Shown here in pieces: positions 24,901 through 37,449 of a DNA stretch of 64,000 bases. The notes beneath the pieces are model-generated. The model saw only the letters and a list, made by a program, of their open reading frames with translations, was not told the origin of the DNA and ran no database searches. Within the stretch, counting starts at the first letter, position 1, and each line of letters begins with the position of its first letter. A program made the position numbers and the translations under genes. The stretch is from Balanoglossus misakiensis. Its lineage: Eukaryota; Animalia; Hemichordata. Location of the stretch: positions 2,170,001 to 2,234,000 of the forward strand of contig CM082590.2 of the NCBI GenBank assembly GCA_040954595.2, written 5' to 3'.

Positions 24901-27900
24901 GCAAGGGCCAGGGGTACTTATTCTCTGCCCTAGCAAGGGCCAGGGGTACAAATTCTCTGCCCTAGCAAGGTCCAGGGGTACCAATTCTCTGCCCTAGCAA
25001 GGTCCAGGGGTACTTATTCTCTGCCCTATCAAGGTCCATGGGTTCTTATTCTCTGCCCTAGCAACGGCCAGGGGTACCAATTCTCTGCCCTAGCAAGGGC
25101 CAGGGGTACCAATTCTCTGCCCTAGCAAGGTCCAGGGGAACTTATTCTCTGCCCTATCAAGGTCCATGGGTTCTTATTCTCTGCCCTAGCAAGGGCCAGG
25201 GGTACCAATTCTCTGCCCTAGCAAGGTCCAGGGGTACCAATTCTCTGCCCTAGCAAGGGCCAGGAGTACTTATTCTCTGCCCTATCAAGGTCCATGGGTC
25301 CTTATTCTCTGCCCTAGCAAGGTCCAGGGGTACCAATTCTCTGCCCTAGCAAGGGCCAGGGGTACTTATTCTCTGCCCTATCAAGGTCCAGGGGTACTTA
25401 TTCTCAGCCCTAGCAAGGTCCAGGGGTACCAATTCTCTGCCCTAGCAAGGGCCAGGGGTACTTATTCTCTGCCCTAGCAAGGGCCAGGAGTGCCAATTCT
25501 CTGCCCTAGCAAGGGCCAGAGGTACTTATTCTCTGCCCTAGCAAGGGCCAGGGGTACTTATTCTCTGTCCTATCAAGGTCCATGGGTTCTTATTCTGTGC
25601 CCTAGCAAGGTCCAGGGGTACTTATTCGCTGTCCTATCAAGGTCCATGGGTTCTTATTCTCTGCCCTAGCAATGGCCAGGGGTACCAATTCTCTGCCCTA
25701 GCAAGGTCCAGGGGTACCAATTCTCTGCCCTAGCAAGGGCCAGGAGTACTTATTCTCTGCCCTATCAAGGTCCATGGGTCCTTATTCTCTGCCCTAGCAA
25801 GGTCCAGGGGTACCAATTCTCTGCCCTAGCAAGGTCCAGGGGTACCAATTCTCTGCCCTAGCAAGGGCCAGGGGTACTTATTCTCTGCCCTATCAAGGTC
25901 CAGGGGTACTTATTCTCAGCCCTAGCAAGGTCCAGGGGTACCAATTCTCTGCCCTAGCAAGGGCCAGGGGTACTTATTCTCTGCCCTAGCAAGGGCCAGG
26001 AGTGCCAATTCTCTGCCCTAGCAAGGGCCAGAGGTACTTATTCTCTGCCCTAGCAAGGGCCAGGGGTACTTATTCTCTGCCCTAGCAAGGGCCAGGGGTA
26101 CTTATTCTCTGTCCTATCAAGGTCCATGGGTTCTTATTCTGTGCCCTAGCAAGGTCCAGGGGTACTTATTCGCTGTCCTATCAAGGTCCATGGGTTCTTA
26201 TTCTGTGCCCTAGCAAGGTCCAGGGGTACTTATTCTCTGCCCTAGCATGGTCCAGGGGTACCAATTCTCAGCCCTAGCAAGGGCCAGGGGTACTTATTCA
26301 CTGGCCTAGCAAGGTCCATGGGTTCTTATTCTCTGCCCTAGCAAGGTCCAGGGGTACCAATTCTCTGCCCTTGCATGGTCCAGGGGTACCAATTCTCTGC
26401 CCTAGCAAGGTCCAGGGGTACCAATTCTCTGCCCTTTCATGGTCCAGGGGTACTTATTCTCTGCCCTAGCAAGGTCCAGGGGTACCAATTCTCTGCCCTA
26501 GCAAGGTCCAGAGGCACTTATTCACTGGCCTAGCAAGGTCCATGGGTACTTATTCTCTGCCTTAGCAAGGTCCAGGGGTACCAATTCACTGCCCTAGCAA
26601 GGGCCAGGGGTACCAATTCACAGCCCTAGCAAGGGCCAGGGGTACTTATTCTCTGCCCTAGCAAGGTCCAGGGGTACCAATTCTCTGCCCTAGCAAGGTC
26701 CAGAGGCACTTATTCACTGGCCTAGCAAGGTCCATGGGTACTTATTCTCTGCCTTAGCAAGGTCCTGGGGTACCAATTCTCTGCCATAGCAATGTCCTGG
26801 GGTACCAATTCACAGCCCTAGCAAGGGCCAGGGGTACTTATTCTCTGCCCTAGCAAGGTCCAGGGGTACCAATTCTCTGCCCTAGCAAGGGCCAGGGGTA
26901 CTTATTCTCTGCCCTAGCAAGGGCCAGGGGTACCAATTCTCTGCCCTAGCAAGGGCCAGGGGTACCAATTCTCTGCCCTAGCAAGGGCCAGGGGTACCAA
27001 TTCTCTGCCCTAGCAAGGTCCAGGGGTACTTATTCTCTGCCCTATCAAGGTCCATGGGTTCTTATTCTCTGCCCTAGCAAGGGCCAGGGGTACTTATTCT
27101 CAGCCCTAGCAAGGGCCAGGGGTACAAATTCTCTGCCCTAGCAAGGTCCAGGGGTACCAATTCTCTGCCCTAGCATGGGCCAGGGGTACCAATTCTCTGC
27201 CCTAGCAAGGGCCAGGGGTACCAATTCTCTGCCCTAGCAAGGTCCAGGGGTACTTATTCTCTGCCCTATCAAGGGCCAGGGGTACTTATTCTCTGCCCTA
27301 GCAAGGGCCAGGGGTACTTATTCTCTGTCCTATCAAGGTCCATGGGTTCTTATTCTGTGCCCTAGCAAGGTCTAGGGGTACTTATTCGCTGTCCTATCAA
27401 GGTCCATGGGTTCTTATTCTGTGCCCTAGCAAGGGCCAGGGGTACTTATTCTCTGCCCTATCAAGGTCCATGGGTTCTTATTCTCTGCCCTGGCAAGGTC
27501 CAGGGGTACCAATTCTCTGCCCTATCAAGGTCCATGGGTTCTTATTCTCTGCCCTAGCAAGGTCCAGGGGTACCAATTCTCTGCCCTAGCAAGGTCCAGG
27601 GGTACTTATTCTCTGCCCTATCAAGGTCCATGGGTTCTTATTCTCTGCCCTAGCAAGGTCCAGGGGTACCAATTCTCTGCCCTAGCAAGGTCCAGGGGTA
27701 CTTATTCTCTGCCCTAGCAAGGTCCAGGGGTACCAATTCTCTGCCCTAGCAAGGGCCAGGGGTACTTATTCTCTGCTCTAGCAAGGGCCAGTGGTACCAA
27801 TTCTCTGCCCTAGCAAGGTCCAGGGGTACTTATTCTCTGCCTTAGCAAGGTCCAGGGGTACCAATTCTCTGCCCTAGCAAGGGCCAGGGGTACCAATTCA

Positions 27901-30299
27901 CAGCCCTAGCAAGGGCCAGGGGTACTTATTCTCTGCCCTAGCAAGGTCCAGGGGTACCAATTCTCTGCCCTAGCAAGGTCCATGGGTTCTTATTCTCTGC
28001 CCTAGCAAGGTCCAGGGGTACCAATTCTCTGCCCTAGCAAGGTCCAGGGGTACTTATTCTCTTCCCTAGCAAGGGCCAGGGGTACTTATTCTCAGCCCTA
28101 GCAAGGGCCAGGGGTACTTATTCTTTGCCCTAGCAAGGGCCAGGGGTACTTATTCTCTGCCCTAGCAAGGGCCAGGGGTACCAATTCTCTGCCCTAGCAA
28201 GGGCCAGGGGTACTTATTCTCTGCCCTATCAAGGTCCATGGGTTCTTATTTTCTGCCCTAGCAAGGTCCATGGGTTCTTATTCTCTGCCCTAGCAAGGTC
28301 CAGGGGTACCAATTCTCTGCCCTAGCAAGGGCCAGGGGTACTTATTCTCTGCCCTAGCAAGGGCCAGGGGTACTTATTCTCTGCCCTATCAAGGTCCAGG
28401 GGTACTTATTCTCTGCCCTATCAAGGTCCATGGGTTCTTAATCTCTGCCCTAGCAAGGTCCAGGGGTACCAATTCTCTGCCCTAGCAAGGGCCAGGGGTA
28501 CTTATTCTCTGCCCTAGCAAGGTCCAGGGGTACCAATTCACAGTCCTAGCAAGGGCCAGGGGTACCAATTCTCTGCCCTAGCAAGGTCCAGGGGTACCAA
28601 TTCACAGCCCTAGCAAGGGCCAGGGGTACCAATTCTCTGCCCTAGCAAGGGCCAGGGGTACCAATTCTCTGCCCTAGCAAGGGCCAGCGGTACTTATTCT
28701 CTGCCCTAGCAAGGGCCAGGGGTACTTATTCTCTGCCCTAGCAAGGGCCAGGGGTACCAATTCTCAGCCCTAGCAAGGTCCAGGGGTACTTATTCTCTGC
28801 CCTAGCATGGTCCAGGGGTACTTATTCTCTGCCCTAGCATGGTCCAAGGGTTCTTATTATCTGCCCTAGCAAGGTCCAGGGGTACCAATTCTCTGCCCTT
28901 GCATGGTCCAGGGGTACTTATTCACTGGCCTAGCAAGGTCCAGAGGCACTTATTCACTGGCCTAGCAAGGTCCACGGGTTCTTATTCTCTGCCCTAGCAA
29001 GGTCCAGGGGTACTTATTCTCTGCCATATCAAGGTCCATGGGTTCTTATTCTCTGCCCTAGCAAGGTCCAGGGGTACAAATTCTCTGCCCTAGCAAGGGC
29101 CAGGGGTACTTATTCTTTGCCCTAGCAAGGGCCAGGGGTACTTATTCTCTGCCCTAGCAAGGGCCAGGGGTACCAATTCTCTGTCCTAGCAAGGGCCAGG
29201 GGTACTTATTCTCTGCCCTATCAAGGTCCATGTGTTCTTATTCTCTGCCCTAGCAAGGTCCATGGGTTCTTATTCTCTGCCCTAGCAAGGTCCAGGGGTA
29301 CCAATTCTCTGCCCTTGCATGGTCCAGGGGTACCAATTCTCTGCCCTAGCAAGGGCCAGGGGTACTTATTCTCTGCCCTAGCAAGGGCCAGGGGTACCAA
29401 TTCTCTGCCCTAGCAAGGGCCAGGGGTACTTATTCTCTGCCCTATCAAGGTCCATGGGTTCTTATTCTATGCCCTAGCAAGGTCCAGGGGTACCAATTCT
29501 CTGCCCTAGCAAGGGCCAGGGGTACTTATTCTCTGTCCTATCAAGGTCCAGGGGGTACTTATTCTCAGCCCTAGCAAGGTCCAGGGGTACCAATTCTCTG
29601 CCCTAGCAAGGGCCAGGGGTACTTATTCTCTGCCCGAGCAAGGGCCAGGGGTACCAATTCTCTGCCCTAGCAAGGGCCAGGGGTACTTATCCTCTGCCCT
29701 AGAAAGGGCCAGGGGTACTTATTCTCTGCCCTAGCAAGGGCCAGGGGTACTTATTCTCTGTCTTAGCAAGGTCCAGGGGTACCAATTCTCTGCCCTTGCA
29801 TGGTCCAGGGGTACTTATTCTCTGCCCTAGCAAGGTCCAGGGGTACCAATTCTCAGCCCTAGCAAGGGCCAGGGGTACCAATTCTCTGCCCTAGCAAGGT
29901 CCAGGGGTACCAATTCTCTGCCCTTGCATGGTCCAGGGGTACTTATTCTCTGCCCTAGCAAGGTCCAGGGGTACCAATTCTCTGCCCTAGCAAGGGCCAG
30001 GGGTACTTATTCACTGGCCTAGCAAGGTCCATGGGTTCTTATTCTCTGCCCTAGCAAGGTCCATGGGTACCAATTCTCTGCCCTTGCATGGTCCAGGGGT
30101 ACCAATTCTCTGCCCTAGCAAGGGCCAGGGGTACTTATTCACTGGCCTAGCAAGGTCCATGGGTTCTTATTCTCTGCCCTAGCAAGGTCCATGGGTACCA
30201 ATTCTCTGCCCTTGCATGGTCCAGGGGTACCAATTCTCTGCCCTAGCAAGGTCCAGGGGTACCAATTCTCTGCCCTTGCATGGTCCAGGGGTACTTATT

Positions 30300-33200
30300 C
30301 TCTGCCCTAGCAAGGGCCAGGGGTACTTATTCTCTGCCCTAGCAAGGGCCAGGGGTACCAATTCTCTGCCCTAGCAAGGGCCAGGGGTACTTATTCTCTG
30401 CCCTAGCAAGGGCCAGGGGTACCAATTCTCTGCCCTAGCAAGGTCCAGAGGCACTTATTCACTGGCCTACAAGGTCCATGGGTACTTATTCTCTGCCCTA
30501 GCAAGGTCCAGGGGAACCAATTCACAGCCCTAGCAAGGGCCAGGGGTACTTATTCTCTGCCCTAGCAAGGTCCAGGGGTACCAATTCTCTGCCCTAGCAA
30601 GGGCCAGGGGTACTTATTCTCTGCCCTAGCAAGGGCCAGGGGTACCAATTCTCTGCCCTAGCAAGGTCCATGGGTTCTTATTCTCTGCCCTAGCAAGGTC
30701 CAGGGGTACCAATTCTCTGCCCTAGCAAGGGCCAGGGGTACTTATTCTCTGCCCTAGCAAAGGCCAGGGGTACTTATTCTCTGCCCTAGCAAGGGCCAGG
30801 GGTACCAATTCTCTGCTCTAGCAAGGGCCAGGGGTACTTATTCTCTCCCCTATCAAGGTCCATGGGTTCTTATTCTCTGCCCTAGCAAGGTCCAGGGGTA
30901 CCAATTCTCTGCCCTAGCAAGGTCCAGGGGTACTTATTCTCTGCCCTAGCAAGGGCCAGGGGTACTTATTCTCTGCCCTAGCAAGGGCCAGGGGTACCAA
31001 TTCTCTGCCCTAGCAAGGGCCAGGGGTACTTATTCTCTGCCCTATCAAGGTCCATGGGTTCTTATTCTCTGCCCTAGCAAGGTCCAGGGGTACCAATTCT
31101 CTGCCCTAGCAAGGGCCAGGGGTACTTATTCTCTGCCCTATCAAGGTCCAGGTGTACTTATTCTCAGCCCTAGCAAGGTCCAGGGGTACCAATTCTCTGC
31201 CCTAGCAAGGGCCAGGGGTACTTATTCTCTGCCCTAGCAAGGGCCAGGGGTACCAATTCTCTGCCCTAGCAAGGGCCAGGGGTACTTATTCACTGGCCTA
31301 GCAAGGTCCATGGGTTCTTATTCTCTGCCCTAGCAAGGTCCAGGGGTACCAATTCTCTGCCCTAGCAAGGGCCAGGGGTACTTATTCTCTGCCCTAGCAA
31401 GGGCCAGGGGTACCAATTCTCTGCCCTAGCAAGGGCCAGGGGTACTTATCCTCTGCCCTAGAAAGGGCCAGGGGTACTTATTCTCTGCCCTAGCAAGGGC
31501 CAGGGGTACTTATTCTCTGTCCAATCAAGGTCTATGGGTTCTTATTCTGTGCCCTAGCAAGGTCCAGGGGTACTTATTCTCTGCCCTAGCAAGGTCCAGG
31601 GGTACCAATTCTCAGCCCTAGCAAGGGCCAGGGGTACCAATTCTCTGCCCTAGCAAGGTCCAGGGGTACCAATTCTCTGCCCTAGCAAGGTCCAGGGGTA
31701 CCAATTCTCTGCCCTTGCATGGTCCAGGGGTACTTATTCTCTGCCCTAGCAAGGGCCAGGGGTACCAATTCTCTGCCCTAGCAAGGGCCAGGGGTACTTA
31801 TTCTCTGCCCTAGCAAGGGCCAGGGGTACCAATTCTCTGCCCTAGCAAGGTCAAGAGGCACTTATTCACTGGCCTACAAGGTCCATGGGTACTTATTCTC
31901 TGCCCTAGCAAGGTCCAGGGGTACCAATTCTCTGCCCTAGCAAGGGCCAGGGGTACCAATTCTCTGCCCTAGCAAGGGCCAGGGGTACTTATTCTCTGCC
32001 CTAGCAAGGTCCAGGGGTACCAATTTTCTGCCCTAGCAAGGGCCAGGGGTACTTATTCTCTGCCCTAGCAAGGGCCAGGGGTACCAATTCTCTGCCCTAG
32101 CAAGGTCCATGGGTTCTTATTCTCTGCCCTAGCAAGGTCCAGGGGTACCAATTCTCTGCCCTAGCAAGGGCCAGGGGTACTTATTCTCTGCCCTAGCAAA
32201 GGCCAGGGGTACTTATTCTCTGCCCTAGCAAGGGCCAGGGGTACCAATTCTCTGCCCTAGCAAGGGCCAGGGGTACTTATTCTCTCCCCTATCAAGGTCC
32301 ATGGGTTCTTATTCTCTGCCCTAGCAAGGTCCAGGGGTACCAATTCTCTGCCCTAGCAAGGTCCAGGGGTACTTATTCTCTGCCCTAGCAAGGGCCAGGG
32401 GTACTTATTCTCTGCCCTAGCAAGGGCCAGGGGTACCAATTCTCTGCCCTAGCAAGGGCCAGGGGTACTTATTCTCTGCCCTATCAAGGTCCATGGGTTC
32501 TTATTCTCTGCCCTAGCAAGGTCCAGGGGTACCAATTCTCTGCCCTAGCAAGGGCCAGGGGTACTTATTCTCTGCCCTATCAAGGTCCAGGTGTACTTAT
32601 TCTCAGCCCTAGCAAGGTCCAGGGGTACCAATTCTCTGCCCTAGCAAGGGCCAGGGGTACTTATTCTCTGCCCTAGCAAGGGCCAGGGGTACCAATTCTC
32701 TGCCCTAGCAAGGGCCAGGGGTACTTATTCACTGGCCTAGCAAGGTCCATGGGTTCTTATTCTCTGCCCTAGCAAGGTCCAGGGGTACCAATTCTCTGCC
32801 CTAGCAAGGGCCAGGGGTACTTATTCTCTGCCCTAGCAAGGGCCAGGGGTACCAATTCTCTGCCCTAGCAAGGGCCAGGGGTACTTATCCTCTGCCCTAG
32901 AAAGGGCCAGGGGTACTTATTCTCTGCCCTAGCAAGGGCCAGGGGTACTTATTCTCTGTCCAATCAAGGTCTATGGGTTCTTATTCTGTGCCCTAGCAAG
33001 GTCCAGGGGTACTTATTCTCTGCCCTAGCAAGGTCCAGGGGTACCAATTCTCAGCCCTAGCAAGGGCCAGGGGTACCAATTCTCTGCCCTAGCAAGGTCC
33101 AGGGGTACCAATTCTCTGCCCTTGCATGGTCCAGGGGTACTTATTCTCTGCCCTAGCAAGGTCCAGGGGTACCAATTCTCTGCCCTAGCAAGGGCCAGGG

Positions 33201-36200
33201 GTACTCATTCACTGGCCTAGCAAGGTCCATGGGTTCTTATTCTCTGCCCTAGCAAGGTCCAGGGGTACCAATTCTCTGCCCTTGCATGGTCCAGGGGTAC
33301 CAATTCTCTGCCCTAGCAAGGTCCAGGGGTACCAATTCTCTGCCCTTGCATGGTCCAGGGGTACTTATTCTCTGCCCTAGCAAGGGCCAGGGGTACCAAT
33401 TCTCTGCCCTAGCAAGGGCCAGGGGTACTTATTCTCTGCCCTAGCAAGGGCCAGGGGTACCAATTCTCTGCCCTAGCAAGGTCAAGAGGCACTTATTCAC
33501 TGGCCTACAAGGTCCATGGGTACTTATTCTCTGCCCTAGCAAGGTCCAGGGGTACCAATTCTCTGCCCTAGCAAGGGCCAGGGGTACCAATTCACAGCCC
33601 TAGCAAGGGCCAGGGGTACTTATTCTCTGCCCTAGCAAGGTCCAGGGGTACCAATTCTCTGCCCTAGCAAGGGCCAGGGGTACTTATTCTCTGCCCTAGC
33701 AAGGGCCAGGGGTACCAATTCTCTGCCCTAGCAAGGTCCATGGGTTCTTATTCTCTGCCCTAGCAAGGTCCAGGGGTACCAATTCTCTGCCCTAGCAAGG
33801 GCCAGGGGTACTTATTCTCTGCCCTAGCAAAGGCCAGGGGTACTTATTCTCTGCCCTAGCAAGGGCCAGGGGTACCAATTCTCTGCCCTAGCAAGGGCCA
33901 GGGGTACTTATTCTCTCCCCTATCAAGGTCCATGGGTTCTTATTCTCTGCCCTAGCAAGGTCCAGGGGTACCAATTCTCTGCCCTAGCAAGGTCCAGGGG
34001 TACTTATTCTCTGCCCTAGCAAGGGCCAGGGGTACTTATTCTCTGCCCTAGCAAGGGCCAGGGGTACCAATTCTCTGCCCTAGCAAGGGCCAGGGGTACT
34101 TATTCTCTGCCCTATCAAGGTCCATGGGTTCTTATTCTCTGCCCTAGCAAGGTCCAGGGGTACCAATTCTCTGCCCTAGCAAGGGCCAGGGGTACTTATT
34201 CTCTGCCCTATCAAGGTCCAGGGGTACTTATTCTCAGCCCTAGCAAGGTCCAGTGGTACCAATTCTCTGCCCTAGCAAGGGCCAGGGGTACTTATTCTCT
34301 GCCCTAGCAAGGGCCAGGGGTACCAATTCTCTGCCCTAGCAAGGGCCAGGGGTACTTATTCTCTGCCCTAGAAAGGGCCAGGGGTACTTATTCTCTGCCC
34401 TAGCAAGGGCCAGGGGTACTTATTCTCTGTCCTATCAAGGTCCATGGGTTCTTATTCTGTGCCCTAGCAAGGTCCAGGGGTACTTATTCTCTGCCCTAGC
34501 AAGGTCCAGGGGTACCAATTCTCAGCCCTAGCAAGAGCCAGGGGTACCAATTCTCTGCCCTAGCAAGGTCCAGGGGTACCAATTCTCTGCCCTAGCAAGG
34601 GCCAGGGGTACTTATTCTCTGCCCTAGCAAGGGCCAGGGGTACCAATTCTCTGCCCTAGCAAGGGCCAGGGGTACTTATTCTCTGCCCTATCAAGGTCCA
34701 TGGGTTCTTATTCTCTGCCCTAGCAAGGTCCAGGGGTACCAATTCTCTGCCCTAGCAAGGGCCAGGGGTACTTATTCTCTGCCCTAGCAAGGGCCAGGGG
34801 TACCAATTCTCTGCCCTAGCAAGGTCCAGGGGTACCAATTCTCTGCCCTAGCAAGGGCCAGGGGTACTTATTCTCTGCCCTAGCAAGGGCCAGGGGTACC
34901 AATTCTCTGCCCTAGCAAGGGCCAGGGGTACTTATTCTGTGCCCTAGCAAGGTCCAGGGGTACTTATTCTCTGCCCTAGCAAGGTCCAGGGGTACCAATT
35001 CTCAGCCCTAGCAAGGGCCAGGGGTACCAATTCTCTGCCCTAGCAAGGTCCAGGGGTACCAATTCTCTGCCCTTGCATGGTCCAGGGGTACTTATTCTCT
35101 GCCCTAGCAAGGTCCAGGGGTACCAATTCTCTGCCCTAGCAAGGGCCAGGGGTACTCATTCACTGGCCTAGCAAGGTCCATGGGTTCTTATTCTCTGCCC
35201 TAGCAAGGTCCAGGGGTACCAATTCTCTGCCCTTGCATGGTCCAGGGGTACCAATTCTCTGCCCTAGCAAGGTCCAGGGGTACCAATTCTCTGCCCTTGC
35301 ATGGTCCAGGGGTACTTATTCTCTGCCCTAGCAAGGGCCAGGGGTACCAATTCTCTGCCCTAGCAAGGGCCAGGGGTACTTATTCTCTGCCCTAGCAAGG
35401 GCCAGGGGTACCAATTCTCTGCCCTAGCAAGGTCAAGAGGCACTTATTCACTGGCCTACAAGGTCCATGGGTACTTATTCTCTGCCCTAGCAAGGTCCAG
35501 GGGTACCAATTCTCTGCCCTAGCAAGGGCCAGGGGTACCAATTCACAGCCCTAGCAAGGGCCAGGGGTACTTATTCTCTGCCCTAGCAAGGGCCAGGGGT
35601 ACCAATTCTCTGCCCTAGCAAGGGCCAGGGGTACTTATTCTCTGCCCTAGCAAAGGCCAGGGGTACTTATTCTCTGCCCTAGCAAGGGCCAGGGGTACCA
35701 ATTCTCTGCCCTAGCAAGGGCCAGGGGTACTTATTCTCTCCCCTATCAAGGTCCATGGGTTCTTATTCTCTGCCCTAGCAAGGTCCAGGGGTACCAATTC
35801 TCTGCCCTAGCAAGGTCCAGGGGTACTTATTCTCTGCCCTAGCAAGGGCCAGGGGTACTTATTCTCTGCCCTAGCAAGGGCCAGGGGTACCAATTCTCTG
35901 CCCTAGCAAGGGCCAGGGGTACTTATTCTCTGCCCTATCAAGGTCCATGGGTTCTTATTCTCTGCCCTAGCAAGGTCCAGGGGTACCAATTCTCTGCCCT
36001 AGCAAGGGCCAGGGGTACTTATTCTCTGCCCTAGCAAGGTCCAGGGGTACCAATTCTCAGCCCTAGCAAGAGCCAGGGGTACCAATTCTCTGCCCTAGCA
36101 AGGTCCAGGGGTACCAATTCTCTGCCCTTGCATGGTCCAGGGGTACATATTCTCTGCCCTAGCAAGGTCCAGGGGTACCAATTCTCTGCCCTAGCAAGGG

Positions 36201-36700
36201 CCAGGGGTACTTATTCACTGGCCTAGCAAGGTCCATGGGTTCTTATTCTCTGCCCTAGCAAGGTCCAGGGGTACCAATTCTCTGCCCTTGCATGGTCCAG
36301 GGGTACCAATTCTCTGCCCTAGCAAGGTCCAGGGGTACCAATTCTCTGCCCTAGCAAGGGCCAGGGGTACTTATTCTCTGCCCTAGCAAGGGCCAGGGGT
36401 ACCAATTCTCTGCCCTAGCAAGGTCCAGAGGCACTTATTCACTGGCCTACAAGGTCAATGGGTACTTATTCTCTGCCCTAGCAAGGTCCAGGGGTACCAA
36501 TTCTCTGCCCTAGCAAGGGCCAGGGGTACCAATTCACAGCCCTAGCAAGGGCCAGGGGTACTTATTCTCTGCCCTAGCAAGGTCCAGGGGTACCAATTCT
36601 CTGCCCTAGCAAGGGCCAGGGGTACTTATTCTCTGCCCTAGCAAGGGCCAGGGGTACCAATTCTCTGCCCTAGCAAGGGCCAGGGGTACTTATTCTCTGC
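30300..36700 (+). repeat. Variable-length higher-order repeats (44, 51, 61, 31 monomers), each marked by the 31-bp ggcctacaagg monomer
   Basis: Marker at 30464, 31871, 33502, 35453, 36444 (spacings 1407, 1631, 1951, 991 = n x 32 - 1), with recurring gcaaaggcc and ctctcccctatc monomers. Confidence 0.85.
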
Positions 36701-37449
36701 CCTAGCAAGGGCCAGGGGTACTTATTCTCTGCCCTAGCAAGGTCCAGGGGTACCAATTCTCAGCCCTAGCATGGTCCAGGGGTACCAATTCTCTGCCCTA
36801 TCAAGGTCCATGGGTTCTTATTCTCTACCCTAGCAAGGTCCAGAGGCACTTATTCTCTGCCCTAGCAAGGTCCAGGGGTACCAATTCTCTGCCCTTGCAT
36901 GGTCCAGGGGTACCAATTCTCAGCCCTTGCATGGTCCAGGGGTACTTATTCTCTACCCTTGCATGGTCCAGGGGTACCAATTCTCTGCCCTTGCATGGTC
37001 CAGGGGTACTTATTCTCTACCCTAGCAAGGGCCAGGGGTACTTATTCTCTGCCCTAGCAAGGGCCAGGGGTACTTATTCTCTGTCCTATCAAGGTCCATG
37101 GGTTCTTATTCTGTGCCCTAGCAAGGTCCAGGGGTACTTATTCTCTGCCCTAGCAAGGTCTAGGGGTACCAATTCTCAGCCCTAGCAAGGGCCAGGGGTA
37201 CCAATTCTCTGCCCTAGCAAGGTCCAGGGGTACCAATTCTCTGCCCTTGCATGGTCCAGGGGTACTTATTCTCTGCCCTAGCAAGGTCCAGGGGTACCAA
37301 TTCTCTGCCCTAGCAAGGGCCAGGGGTACTTATTCACTGGCCTAGCAAGGTCCATGGGTTCTTATTCTCTGCCCTAGCAAGGTCCAGGGGTTCCAATTCT
37401 CTGCCCTTGCATGGTCCAGGGGTACCAATTCTCTGCCCTAGCAAGGTCC

